Positions 51,411 to 64,000 of a stretch of DNA of 64,000 nt are shown here, in pieces (the stretch's first letter is position 1; the number at the start of each line of letters is the position of its first letter). A program made the translations under genes and the position numbers. The DNA is from Octopus vulgaris (Eukaryota): positions 135,904,001 to 135,968,000 of the forward strand of contig OX597814.1 of the NCBI GenBank assembly GCA_951406725.2, read 5' to 3'. The notes beneath the pieces were generated by a model. The model saw only the letters and a program-made list of their open reading frames with translations. It made no database searches and was not told where the DNA came from.

Positions 51411-52352
51411 TATATCATCATCATCATCATTTAACGTCTGTTTTTCATGATAGCATGGGTTGGTTGGTTTGATTGGAGCTGGTAAGGCTGGGGGCTGTAA
51501 AAATTTGCTAGTGTTGTGTTTCAGTCTACAGCATTTTATTGTTTATTTAGGCAATATGCTTCATTTTCACATGCCTCAGTTCACATATCTGTTGGAAATA
51601 AGTCGACTCATTTGAAAATGTTAACTGGGTTACACAAATGTCCTCATCATTGTTTGTTTTGATATCCACTTTACCATGATTGTATGGGTTTGATGGAAAT
51701 TGTTGAGCCAGATGCCCTTCTTGTTGCCAGTCTTCACTGATTTCCAAGCAAGGTAATATTTCATCATGGCTGGACATATTTCCATGGAAGTTTGGAAACA
51801 AAGAACACTGCTTGCATGACACTGACTCCTATTTACAACAATCACCCAATGTCAAGATAAGGAGACACCAACTCACACACAGGATTGGTGTTAGGAAGGG
51901 TATCCAGCTGTAAAAACAAACAGTAGCTTGGGGTAGACTGCTACCTAGCCAGCTCTTGTCAACTGTCCTACCAATGCATGCATGGAAGATGGATGTTTAA
52001 CAATGATGATACATACATACATACTTACATATATGTATATATTCTTTTATTCTTGTTTCAGTCATTTGACTGCGGCCATGCTGGAGCATGGCCTTTAGTC
52101 GAACAAATCAACCCTGGGACTTATTCTTTGTAAGCCTAGTACTTATTCTGTTGGTGCACTGCTGCAAAGGAAATACATAGTTACCCAACCTGAGGGAAGT
52201 GCAGGAGATATATATATGGGGGAAGTGCTGAAAAGTTCCTGGCTTTAAAGGTATCACGAAAGGTCTGGTTGGAGGTCCAGCCTTCCGAGTTCTTTTATAG
52301 GACTTAAGAAAACTACCCCAAAAATCTGAGCAATACCAGCCTTTAACAATCC

Positions 52353-52582
52353 TTAACCCATTTGATACTAGCCCGGCTGAAACTGCCTCTGGTTCTGTAG
52401 TACAAATGTCTTGCTTTCATAAGTTTCGAATGAAAATCTTCTGCCAAATCTTAGTCACAATTTATGTTCTTAACACTTGCTTAATGATAACTAAGTTATT
52501 TTACTAAATTCTTTGTTATATTTTGAATTAATTGAAAGAAACACAGGGCACCCCAAAATAAATATGGTAACAAAAGGGTTAA
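52353..52582. mobile_element. TTAA-flanked (piggyBac-type) MITE; related inverted copy at ~60941-61147
   Basis: TTAA|CCCATTTGATAC ... GTAACAAAAGGG|TTAA. Confidence 0.7.
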
Positions 52583-53974
52583 AGGTCTAGAAAGCATTTA
52601 CATTTTTTTTTTGCTTTTATTTACATCTGGTATTTTATCTATTCAATGTAGAATGTTTCAGTCAGCCTTTAATAGTTTAAAAGACATACTGAACTGATTA
52701 GAAGTAAGGAATAGTTGGGCTCAATGCCATGTTCTGTATGAATACCAAATAGTAATGTTTTTGCTACAATTTCAACCAAGAACTCTTAATTAACATTGCA
52801 TTCACGCAGGAGAGAAAGAATGATTGTCTTGATCAATTCTTGTTTTTAATTAAGATAAAAATAGAATGTGGGCAATGTAGTGGGGAATGAGCCTGGTCTT
52901 GTTAGTACAGTGACAATTGTGTAACATGTTTCAGTCTTATTAGACCTTTTCAGTGAAGTGTTGTTTTTACCATTACTGCTAGACAAATGTGGCTTTAGGG
53001 TTATATAGCTTTAATTTTGTGAATATTTACTGAATGTTGAAGGACAGGAAAAAATGCTGAGACATGTTCTGCATGAAAACCAAACAGTAAAGTTAATGCT
53101 GACATACTTTATGTCTATGTTATCATTTTGCTAAATGTTCTTTCACTTCATCACAAGTGTAATTCTAATTAAGATTTCTTAGCTCACTGTGTTACCATTT
53201 AATTAGGAGTAGATTTGTTTGTTTGAGGATTACATATGATATTTATTGAAGTATAACTGAAGCTAATAACAACCTGAATCCAGTGTTTATTTCAATGTGG
53301 CTACTTTCGTCAAGGTAGAAAGAGATAAATAAAGAGTGCTTTGATATTTTGATACTGGAAGATGGAGTGGGTGCATCTCATATCTGAATTAATCAGGAAA
53401 CTGTAAAATCAATAAAAAACTGTACCAGTATAGAAGGAAGTAAAGAAGAATTATCTATCATTTTTTACCTGTTTCAGTCTTGGTTCTGTGACCATGCTGA
53501 GGTATTCCTTTGATGGAATACCCCAGTACTTATTCCTAAGTTTGGTACTTATTTCTATTGGTTTCTTTTGCTAAACTGTTAAGTTGCTTGAATGTAAACA
53601 AACCAACATGGGTTATCAAGCGGTGGTGGTGGGGGATAAACACACACACGCAAATGATGGGCTTCCACATAGTTTATGTCTTCAAATTTATTCACAAAGC
53701 ATCAGTCAGCCCAGGGCTATAGTAGAAAGCACCTGCCCAAGGTGATATGCGGTGGGGCTGAACTCAAAACCATATGGTTGCAAAGCAAACTTCTTAGCCA
53801 CAAAACCATGCTCTGCACCTAATTCTAACAACCACTCTCTTTTTTTTTTCCATCATTTATTGTATAAAACACAAGTTTTATCAGAGAAGTTTCCAATTCA
53901 CTGGATGCCGTGAAATTTTATTTTTATTGTATTACAAGAGAGCACCTATGTAAAAAAAATAACAATATATATAT

Positions 53975-54759
53975 CAGAGGCACAATCAGTGCCTGACCTG
54001 GGTATTTACATGAGTGATGACGCAACCTTTCGTGTACATGTTGCTAAATTGGCAATGAATTGTAGACGACTGGCCTGATGGATTCTCAGAACCTTTAGAA
54101 CAAGAGAACAAGAAACCATGATGGTCCTCTGGAGGACACTTGTCCTAAGCCACTTTGACTATTGCTCTCAGCTATGGTCACCATCCAGTGTCAAGTTGAT
54201 CACAGATCCAACGTGGCTACACAAAGAAGATAGCCTCTATGCAGAATATAAGCTACTGGGAAAGACTCAAGAGATTAAAACTCTATTCCTTGGAGCGTAG
54301 GCGAGAAAGATATGCCATAATATACATCTGGAAGATCCTGGAGGGACTTGTCCCAAACTTTGGCATTGAGAGTTACAAAAATGCCAGAACTGGGCGCCAC
54401 TGCGTGGTGCCTAGGACTCCAAATTTGCCATCAAGATGTAGGACAAGATACTGTGATAGCCTGGGCTTCTGAGGCCCACAGCTCTTCAATATCCTCCCGA
54501 AGAACCTAAGAGACCTGCATGGGGTGGATGCAGATGTCTTTAAAATGAAACTGGATCTCTTCCTGTCAGGTATCCCAGATGAACCAACTTCACGGCAGGA
54601 GGTGCAGATGAGGGCAGCTGCATCGAACTCTCTCATGCACCAAATGGCAGTTGCTAAAAAGCATTCGTGAAGTAAAACCATGTAGCAACACCAAATGGCG
54701 GTGCCCCAGCATGGCCACAGCTCATGAGCTGAAACTAGAATCAATCAATCAATCAATCA

Positions 54760-54762
<3 letters not shown>
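53975..54762 (+). mobile_element. 5'-truncated CR1/L2-group LINE 3' end (same family as 32938-33590) with (TCAA)n tail
   Basis: HFDYCSQLWSP, SYWERLKRLKLYSLERRRERY, GPQLFNILP..FKMKLDLFLSGIPDEP; 3' GGCGGTGCCCCAGCATGGCCACAGCTCATGAGCTGAAACTAG. Confidence 0.92.
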
Positions 54763-54804
<42 letters not shown>

Positions 54805-55017
54805 CTGTGTGTGTGTGTATATATAGAGTTCAATCTGATTTTTATTCTAATGGTCCCTTGGAAGATGACAATTTAAATTTAAATAATTATCAGCCTTTTC
54901 AGTATTTTTCTATATGAAATGAGTCTCCCCTGTGACCAGAATTACATACTAAGTTACTCATATAAAACATGTCATATCTTATCTGTTTCCATACCATATA
55001 TTTTAATCTTTCTACAG

Positions 55018-55067
55018 CTCTACTGCTTTTGTTCTGAAACCTCTTTGTTCATTAAGCTGCACTGAAG
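55018..55067 (+). other. Candidate 50-nt internal exon, probably UTR
   Basis: ttttaatctttctacag|CTC...GAAG|gtaacc; splice signals only. Confidence 0.25.
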
Positions 55068-57385
55068 GTAACCCAGTTAGAAGAGAATATTTCTCCTTAC
55101 ATATTATAAGGTTTTATTTAATTAAAAATTACTTTTATGTTAAAGCCATGACTAAAATATAAAGGCTTATTTATTCACATTGTTTTGAATTAATCATGCA
55201 TTGTCTCATAGCTTTGAGGTTTTGATGATGCGATTGATTAGTTTTAGGAGAACATCATAGGGGTTGGTACGAGAGGACAAATCTGGCTAGTTTGAATATA
55301 AAACAGGTAGAATATTTGGGCCAGATATAGCCAGTTTAAATACTAAAAGGTTAAAACCTTACCCAAATTATAAATATCTTGGTGTGTAAAACCAAGCATA
55401 GCTGTGTGGCTGCAAAGTCAGAACCATATGGTTCTCAGCTCACTTCCATTGTATGGTATCTTGGGCAAGTGTCTCTGACTGTAGCCTTAGGCCAACCAAT
55501 GCATTGTGAGTAAAATTAGTGGATTAAAAGTAAAAGAAGAATGCTGTACATGTGGATGTGAATTTTGCTGTATGATTAGTACTATGTGAGTAGGAATGGC
55601 ACAATCTCTGTTCATTAAAGAGTCTTGCAATTTCAGCTTTCAATGTGTCAGGACTAGCAGAATGAAATAAATACCTTACTTGAGGGTTAAATGAACATAA
55701 TTCTAATATTCACTATCTCATTCAGCACTCAACGAGAACTGAATGACTTGGTATCAATTATCTGTATTTCCAAACCATTTCACTAATTTGCTTGATATCC
55801 ATCACTTGTTTCTATCATCTAAACTTGGATGGTCTCATCTAGAAAAGCTGTCTATAACTGCGTTTTCTTATTCAGTTCAGTTAATTTATTGCTGTTACTA
55901 AGTTACTGGTAGTTATTCAAGACAGCAACCTCCTCAAATAATTCCATCTCTTGGATTGCATTGTAAATTCCTATAAAATTTGGAAACCTAAATGCAATCA
56001 ATTCCATTTGTTGGTCTTTTGGATACTTAGCCTAAACAATAGAATTTAAGACTCTTGTAGGATATTTATTATTCAAATGTCCCCCCCTCTCCACAATGGT
56101 ATTTCCTGTCATCTGTACCTCCACCTTTGTTCACTCATTACATTCACCTCTACCCTATTCTCTATCTGTCATTCTCCCCTCACATTCTTATGAAACTACT
56201 CTCCACCCATCTTCTGTCTGTATCCTCTCATGCTCACCTTCTTGTACCTTGAGAGTTTGCGCTGATACTCCATCATGACCATCTTATTTTCGTCCCAGCT
56301 ACTTCCATTGACACTTATATAATGCAGGGTAGCCATGTACCTTCTCTATAGTAAAACACCTACCTGGCATAAAGCCACTTCATCCTCTCAAATACTCCCC
56401 CTTTCACTTAGTTGAGGGATCTTTTTCTTTTTACTTTTTCTGTTCTGTAAGTTACCTGGTGACCTCATTAGTGCTGGTGACATGAGAAATGCATTCAGTA
56501 CACACTGTGAAGTGGTTGGTATTAGGAAGTGCGTCCATCTGTAGAAACCATATCAAGGGTGACATTGGAGCTCAGTGTAGCTCTGCAGTTTGCTAGATTC
56601 TATCAAACCATCCATCTCAGGCCGGCATAGAAAACTGACATTAAATTATGATGCTCAATGAAAGAAGTGAATTAAAAGAGAACTCAGTCTTGGATTCTAT
56701 TGCTTAGGCTGCAATACTTTATACTTAAAATGCATCACCAACTTTCTAATTAAAAAAGTTTTGCCCAGCAACTTCTCACCACCAACAAATTGGTTACCTC
56801 TCACTTGTCCTTTGTACTGTAATACTGAACTTGTTGACTGCATTCAGCCTGCCACTTGTGCTTGTTCAATACACATAGCTCTCTTGTATAGCTATGTCTT
56901 AACTACATATTTTAAACTAATCTATGAAATTATCCTCTAACAATTTAAATTGAACATTAATTGTATTAACCTGACCTAGTTATACTAAGCAATCAGTCTG
57001 AGAGGGGCTAAAAAATCAATAAATGCTATCCTTCCTTCATCAGACAAACTAGTATAAAACAATTCATAATTGATTACCTTTTATAAGTTATTCACATGCA
57101 CTAAGCTTCCTCTTTGGTTATAGATTGCAGCAACTGGTAGCTGGCTGTTTTAATCTTAATTAATAATTGTAATATCTAGTTATCCACCCACATCTAATAG
57201 TTTCATTGCTTACCAGAGAGTATGTTGCATAATTTTATCAAATGACTTTGTTTCTCCTCTAAAAATATTGTAGTTGTCTGAAACAATTTCTTCCCCCATA
57301 AAGAAGCAAAATGTACAGGCAGCAACTCAAAGGAAACTTTTGATGTGAGCAATATTATCTATAGCATCATGGCTTTGTTGGAAAC

Positions 57386-57417
<32 letters not shown>

Positions 57418-59779
57418 GAATTCTTTGATGGTGAATCAAAAGTGAAAAAATGATATTGATTGATAGATACATGAAGAGGTTACTGTACTGCTGCAGATTT
57501 TTATTCAAAACAAATTGTTCATGTTGGGTGAAATTGTATTACATGTTAGAGGATGGGGCAGGAGTTTCCTAACAAAGCACCAAAGCAAGGTACTGAGATT
57601 CTGATATTGAAATTTAGGCATCACAAATGAAATCTTACTGTGAATAACTCAAAGGATAGCTTTATGCCAGCATTCTTCAATGCTAATTTTTACTTTGAAT
57701 ATGTTTTTTGAAAAACGTTATCTTATTTCTGAAGTTGTCATCTTAGTTCATTTTTAACATTTCTAATAACTCCCACATTCTTTCATCACAGACTCTCAAC
57801 CAAATTATTATAAAGAACTGAATAAATTGCAATCCTCAGTAATCTGATATTTTGTATGCACTTAACTTCCCCCCACCTCTTCTGTTGCCTTCTCAAACCA
57901 CTCACCATCAATTTACTGTCAGAAAATTATTACAAGCTGACAACTGTCTACTGCACATAGCCAGCAGAATGGTTTTCTACTAAAACCTCCATGGGATATT
58001 ATATACATAATGGAGATTATTAACCTTTTGCCTGTCTAAAGCATTTTCATAAGTTTGTCCTAAATGTCCATACTTCTTTTGAGATTTTAGTTAGCCCTTG
58101 TTTTGTAGTTTCTGAGTAATATGAAGCTTTCCTTTCCTAAGTTTTGAACTACACTGGTAGTTGAAAAAAATTGGGAATGTATATCATATATAATACATAG
58201 ACTCTTGGGGAAATGTGTCCTGTGTATCATGAAATACACAGGATAGGCAAAATTTATAAAACAGCATTCTTCAATTAGTGTACAACTGATATTAACAAAA
58301 TGCATAGCATTTATTTTTTTAAAATGCTAGTTTAACCCTTTAGCATTCACATTATTCTCTCAATAGTGATGTTTATTTATTTACACTATTGTGAATTACT
58401 CAATCATTATTTTGTAGCTTTGAGATTTTGATGAGGTTACTGTTAATTTTTAGAATAATATTGCAGGCTTGGCGTGAGGTGCCAGGTCTGGCCAGTTTGA
58501 ACATAAAACAGGTAGAATATTTTGGCCAGATATGGACCAGTTTAAATTCAAACAAAAACAGTAAAATGTATGACGTCATTTTGTCCAGTTTATTGCCATC
58601 TAGTTCTTACATTTATTGTCTGCATATTCATTTTTGCACATTTCCTTGAATTTGATGAATCATCAAACTAAAATGGCCTTATCATTATACTTTTAATGCT
58701 GTTCACATAAACCACTAATGTTATTCAGTTCTGATGATATTTGCTGTGCTAACATATATTATTTCCACTGCTTTGTCACAAAGTTCCTGGATTCAGTGAA
58801 ATTCCAAATTTTGTTTTATAAACTCTCATTATGAATGGACTTCTTATGATAGTGTACATTTCCTAACCTCAAATATCTGAAATATAGAATAACAGAACTC
58901 TCATCCTTGTTGCTTTAAATTGTTGATCAATCCTCCTCTTATCAACCCTGTAAAAACTGATGAAACAATTATAATTGATTACCTATCTTTATCATTTCTT
59001 TCCTAAAAAAGCTTCAAAATAGCCAAATGCATTTGAGTCTAATACTCTAACATTAATAAATCTTTGTATTGAAACTCCCCCCCCCCCATGAACACTGAGG
59101 GCATAGAACAATATCTTCATGATGTTTTTTTTTTTAATGTTTAAAGATGTGTAAAAATGATATGCATGGCAAAAACCTTGAAATAGGTTTTGCCACTATT
59201 TTGATGGTTGCAGACAACAGATGGAATGAGACAGTCTATGTAGATTTATAAAATGTCCATGGGCTGCAACACATAATACTAGGTTGAATATGACTTTAGA
59301 GGACATATTTAATTGCCAGCCCACTTGAAATACTCTAGTTTTAATGCTATAATATATATTTCAAAGTGTTCATATTTAGATCATCATTATCATCATCATC
59401 ATTCATCGTCCATGGTCAATGCTGGCATAGGGTGAACAGTTTGACTGGATATGATGGGCCCAAAGGACTGTATCCTACTCCAGTATCTGCTGTGGCATAG
59501 TTTCTTTGGTTGGATGCCCTTCCTAACACCAACTGTTTTACAGTGTGTGTAGTGGGTGCATTTTTCATGCCTCCAGTACTAGTGAAGTCATCATGTAATT
59601 TGCAAAACTATGAACCCTAAAAAGTGGGTGGGCGGGGGTGGGGTGGGGCGACTTTATGCTAGGAGACGAAGGGCAAAAGATGAGTAAAAGTATGAAAGAA
59701 CGAGCCAGAACAGAACAAGTTTTTTTCACTGTAGAGGAGCTGCATGACACATTATTATGTTACAGAATTACTATTTTAC

Positions 59780-60720
59780 TGAATTTCAGAGTTTGTTGTA
59801 GCACATAGATAATGTGTTCCATTAGAAAAATGATCATGAAAAAGTTAAAAGAACAAAGTTTGACGATACTTTGCTTCCAACCACTTAGTGAAGCTCTCAA
59901 ACTTAAGTGTTTTTGAAAGTTTTAAATCATAGATTAAGGAGGCAACAGTATAACATTACTCTAACTCTATACATTACTTGTATCATCAAAGTTGTATTAT
60001 GTTTATATTGTATGCAAAGTAACCAGTTATTGTATCTTAAAATTGCTAAATAAAATAACATTGAATTAGAAGGTATTGCAAGTAAAGATCTATGAATTTG
60101 TCCTCGTATTGAAGCTGTAAACTTGTAAAAAGTGGCACATAAAGGAACTCCTAGTTGTTTGATTATGACCCCATAGTTATACTGGAATTTTTTAAAACTC
60201 AGAAAGTTCAAAAACAAACACTGGTTTGTAAAAGAAAATGCAAAACAAAATACTCTATTGGTAACCTTTTTTATGGAGCTATTTTTATATAGATGGGTCT
60301 AAGGACAACAACTATATTACTGTAGCTGCTGTTGTAGCCACGTTAAGTCTGGCTTTCAAATAATTGATCAATCATTGTAGTTGAAACGAAAGCAATATCT
60401 CTGGCTGTTGTACTCATTGGAATAACAACAACAACAAAATTTTGTTTTGAAATTCACCCTTTCTACTGAGCAATTCAAAACAAAATCGTGCCTTTACATA
60501 TTAAGAAATCTACAAACAAAAAGCCTTTAGGTTATGATACAGTATATTGTTGGTGTCCTTGCCATATTAGCTTCTATTGGATGAGAAAATTAATAGAGTT
60601 GTTATAGAAATTTTATGACAAAACAAACTGTATTGGTAACATACTGTATAGTGATTATAATCTTGCATCTCTAAATATGTAGTCTATTGAAGAGGAGAAG
60701 CAAGAAGTTTCAAAACAAAC
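59780..60720 (+). mobile_element. Very old I/Nimb-group LINE relic (RNase H domain)
   Basis: FYIDGSKD at ~60282-60306 (YTDGSK-like) and VYCWCPCHI at ~60542-60568 (WIPSHIG-like) at plausible spacing. Confidence 0.55.
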
Positions 60721-62775
60721 TCCACGAGTTCCTTTATAATTATGGTTGCCTATCTCTAAAATAGTTAAGAGTAACCACTCTCTCCACACCCTGGTCTATC
60801 TCTGCTGGATGTGAATTAACAAGTAAACATAATTTACTTGACTGGTTACAATTTTTATTCCGCGACATTAAAAAAAAAATTCTTGATTTCCTTAAAGTCT
60901 AATAAAATTTAAGTGTGTAAACCTCACTATCCCCTAACACTAACCCTTCTGTTATATTTCTATTGAAATATGCTGCCTTTGTGTGTTTCAGTTAATTTTG
61001 AAAAGATGAATTTATTAAGCTGATATTTGAGGCATGAATTAACACAAATTTTCGATAAAAGGTTTTAATTTAGTTTACTTTAAATCAAGAAGCTTGTATC
61101 ATAGGGCCAAATGGTGGTCTCAGATGGGTTGTTATCAAAAGGGTTAAAATATTAAAAGATTTTTATATGCTTTTTGACCCATACATATTTACATATTTTG
61201 AAAGCTGGTCTCTATAGATTTTAAAAGCTAAAATTCACTTAGCTATCATCATATGGGTTGGAAACTTCCAGTGCCACATAACAGACCAATTAACAAATTT
61301 TTGTAGTATTAAGGAACTTTAAAACATTCAGTTACATGTTGTGCAAACACACAGACCACTTCTCTATTTTAACCTGATTATTTGGAATAACCATTTCAAT
61401 AATGGCTAATTCATTATAGTATGACTAGATAAAATATTTTTATACCAACTCTCCTGAGACGACCTTTGGGTCTATGATACAAATTTCCTGTTTTAAAATA
61501 ATTTAAATTAAAACCTTGCATGCTAATTTCATGTTAATTTATGTTCAAGATAGTAGATTAATATGACAAAAGTTATTTCATTAAATTCATCATTAATTTC
61601 AAAATTAATTTGGTTGTTTCTCAAGGATATAATCTATTGATAGCTAACCACATATGCTTTCTTCCATTCTAAGTGTTAACTATATCTCCTCACACAGTTA
61701 ACATGTCTCCCAACTGACCCAGTGTTTCTCAACTAGGGTCCATATGGCCTTTGGAAGGCCATATGTTTTTGTTGCAATAAATTGGTTATACTTCTGCAAA
61801 ACATAAGATATTTTGATAATTATTTTTATGCAGTTCCTTATAATAATTCATTATAAAAATATAATAGGCTCAGTGGTTAGAGCTTTGGGCTCACAATTAT
61901 GAGGTAGTGAGTTTGATTCTTGGACCAGGATGTCTGTTGTGTTCTTGACCAAGACATTTTATTTCACATTGCTCCAGTTCACTCAGCTGTAGGAATGAGT
62001 TGTGATGTCACTGGTGCCAAGCTGTGTCAGCCTTTGCTTTTCGTTTGGATAACATTGATGATGTAGAGAGGGGAAGCTGGTATACATGGGTGATTGCTGG
62101 TCTTCCATAAACAACCTTGTCCAAACTTGTGCCTCGGAGGGTAACTTTCTAGGTGCAATCCCATGGTCATTCATGATTGAAGGGGGTCTTTTTTTAAATA
62201 GGGCCATTTTAAGTATCAAATGGCAAGGAGGGTCCACCTGAGTAAAATAGGTCCTGAGATAAAAAAAAATGGCCGAGAAACAGTTGCACAGTTACCCCAT
62301 ATACATTCTGAAATCCATTGTCTTAAAAAAAGAAAAATTAGATTTAACAATCTAGTAGGAGTTAACCACAATAAACTACAAAATACCATTAATTCCAGAA
62401 AATAGAGTATTACACTGTTGTTCCATTCTCCCAAATCACCTGGAGCCAGTGGTTGTTTGCTCTGTTAGAAATACCTTCTTCAAAGCCAAACTTCCTGAAA
62501 TCCAAACCCTTGACATTAAAAAAAAAAAAAAAGCAACATCTTAAATAATCTAGAACTAGGGTACATTGATATACTGTGTCTGAAGGAATAGTCACAGCTG
62601 GAGTGCCTTTGACTATAATTCTGCTTGATTAGGGTTAACTTGGGATGAAGCACCTCAGCACTTAGAAATCCAACCCATAAATGACACTAACTTTTGTAAT
62701 CTCTACAAAATGCTTGGTTTTATATTCTGATGACTTCTTATTTTATTTGATAAAGCATAAATCATCCTCTTTCAG

Positions 62776-62875
62776 AACTCATAACTTGCTGGTCATTATT
62801 ATTGGAACAGTGCTACTCTATGGTTTGAACTTTTAGATAACTGTACTGATGTTGAGTAACTGGAGAAATAATTTG
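62776..62875 (+). other. Candidate 100-nt exon, possibly containing a start codon (MLSNWRNNL)
   Basis: atcatcctctttcag|AAC...TTG|gtaagg; splice signals only. Confidence 0.2.
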
Positions 62876-64000
62876 GTAAGGTCATTCTCAATGAAATGTC
62901 TAAGATATGGGTCAGCAATTTTTTGTTAAAGGTGTGGCTGAGTGGTCAGTTCTCAATCATGTGGTCTTGGGTTCAGTCCCATTACATAACACTTTTGGAA
63001 AGTGGTTTCTACTATAGCCCTGGAACAACCAAAGCCTTGTGCATGGATTTGGTAGATGGAAATGGAAAGAAAGGCCTGTTTTGTGTGTGTGTATACATAT
63101 ACATACATACATACATATTTAATTTTTCCCTCCACCTTACCCTTGCCTGCTTCTCCTCCTCTTTTCATCTCTCTCTCTCTCCCTCTCTCTCTCTCTCTCA
63201 TTACTACTTTCCTGTCTACATACGCAAGCTCATATCTTTGTCTCAATTGTTGCTAATTGCTCAGATAGAGAATGTGTAAAACTGTTGTTTTTACTCTTTT
63301 TCTTTACAGCCATATTACCCTTGTCGCCTTACTGGCACCTGTGCCGGTGGCATGTGTAAAAAGATTCAAGCGAGGTCATTGCCAGTACCGCCTGACTGGC
63401 TCCCATGCTGGTGGCATGTAAAAAGCACCCACTACACTCTCAGAGTGGTTGGTATTAGGAAGGGCATCCAGCTGTAGAAACTCTGCCAGATCAAGATTGG
63501 GGCCTGGTGCAGCCATCTAGTTTGCCAGCCCTCAGTCAAAATCGTCCAACCCATGCTAGCATGGAAAGTGGACGTTAAATGATGATGATGATATAAATAT
63601 ATATATATATATATATGTGTATGTGTGTGTTTGTGTATTTTCTAGTCTAAGTATCATGTGATGGTTGTAAATGATGATGATCATTATCTTCATACAAGTG
63701 ATGTGGTTCATTTCTAGCCTTTTCTGAAAAACATGTCTATCTGTGGGAAATTATTTCCTTACTTGGAAACAGATGAGAGTTGGTGACAGGAAGGACACCA
63801 GGCTGTAGAAAATCTGCCTCCTGCAAGTATAGAAAAGTGGATGTTAAATGATTTGCACATATCATATACCTTACATATATTAATATGTCTGCGTATCCCA
63901 CCCATTTCCCTCTGTGGCAATGCCCATATAAATAACAAACAAAAAGAAAAAATGGCACATTAGACTACAAGTCATCTGCTGCTCAATGATGCAGAAATAA

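Noticed and set aside
57100-59050. Possible hAT transposase relic (EFDESS-like motif near 58645)
   Set aside because: Too degenerate to support by eye; needs a translated search.

Overview
AT-rich, microsatellite-laden animal genomic DNA. The SINE families and repeat landscape look like Octopus (inferred from recall, not a search). Almost all ORF-track entries are spurious translations of microsatellites and SINEs. Recognisable content: (1) 0.7-11.9 kb, a (TAA)n-rich zone with a young, near-complete but frameshifted Dong/R4-clade non-LTR retrotransposon (RT, CCHC, restriction-like endonuclease), two older R4-clade relics, short R4-like 3' tails, a 555-bp non-coding TAA-flanked element, a Gypsy pol relic and a Helentron-type element. 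(2) Relics of mariner, pogo/Tigger, hAT, CR1-group and I-group elements, a 994-bp solo LTR, TTAA-flanked MITEs and at least four SINE families. (3) A CpG-retaining domain at ~37-45.8 kb that starts with a CCAAT-containing promoter candidate and a first-exon donor, and contains or adjoins several long inverted repeats, including a 401-bp GG-terminated MITE with an exact 8-bp TSD. No host protein-coding gene can be named. A few small candidate exons are reported at low confidence. Most coordinates of degenerate relics are approximate.
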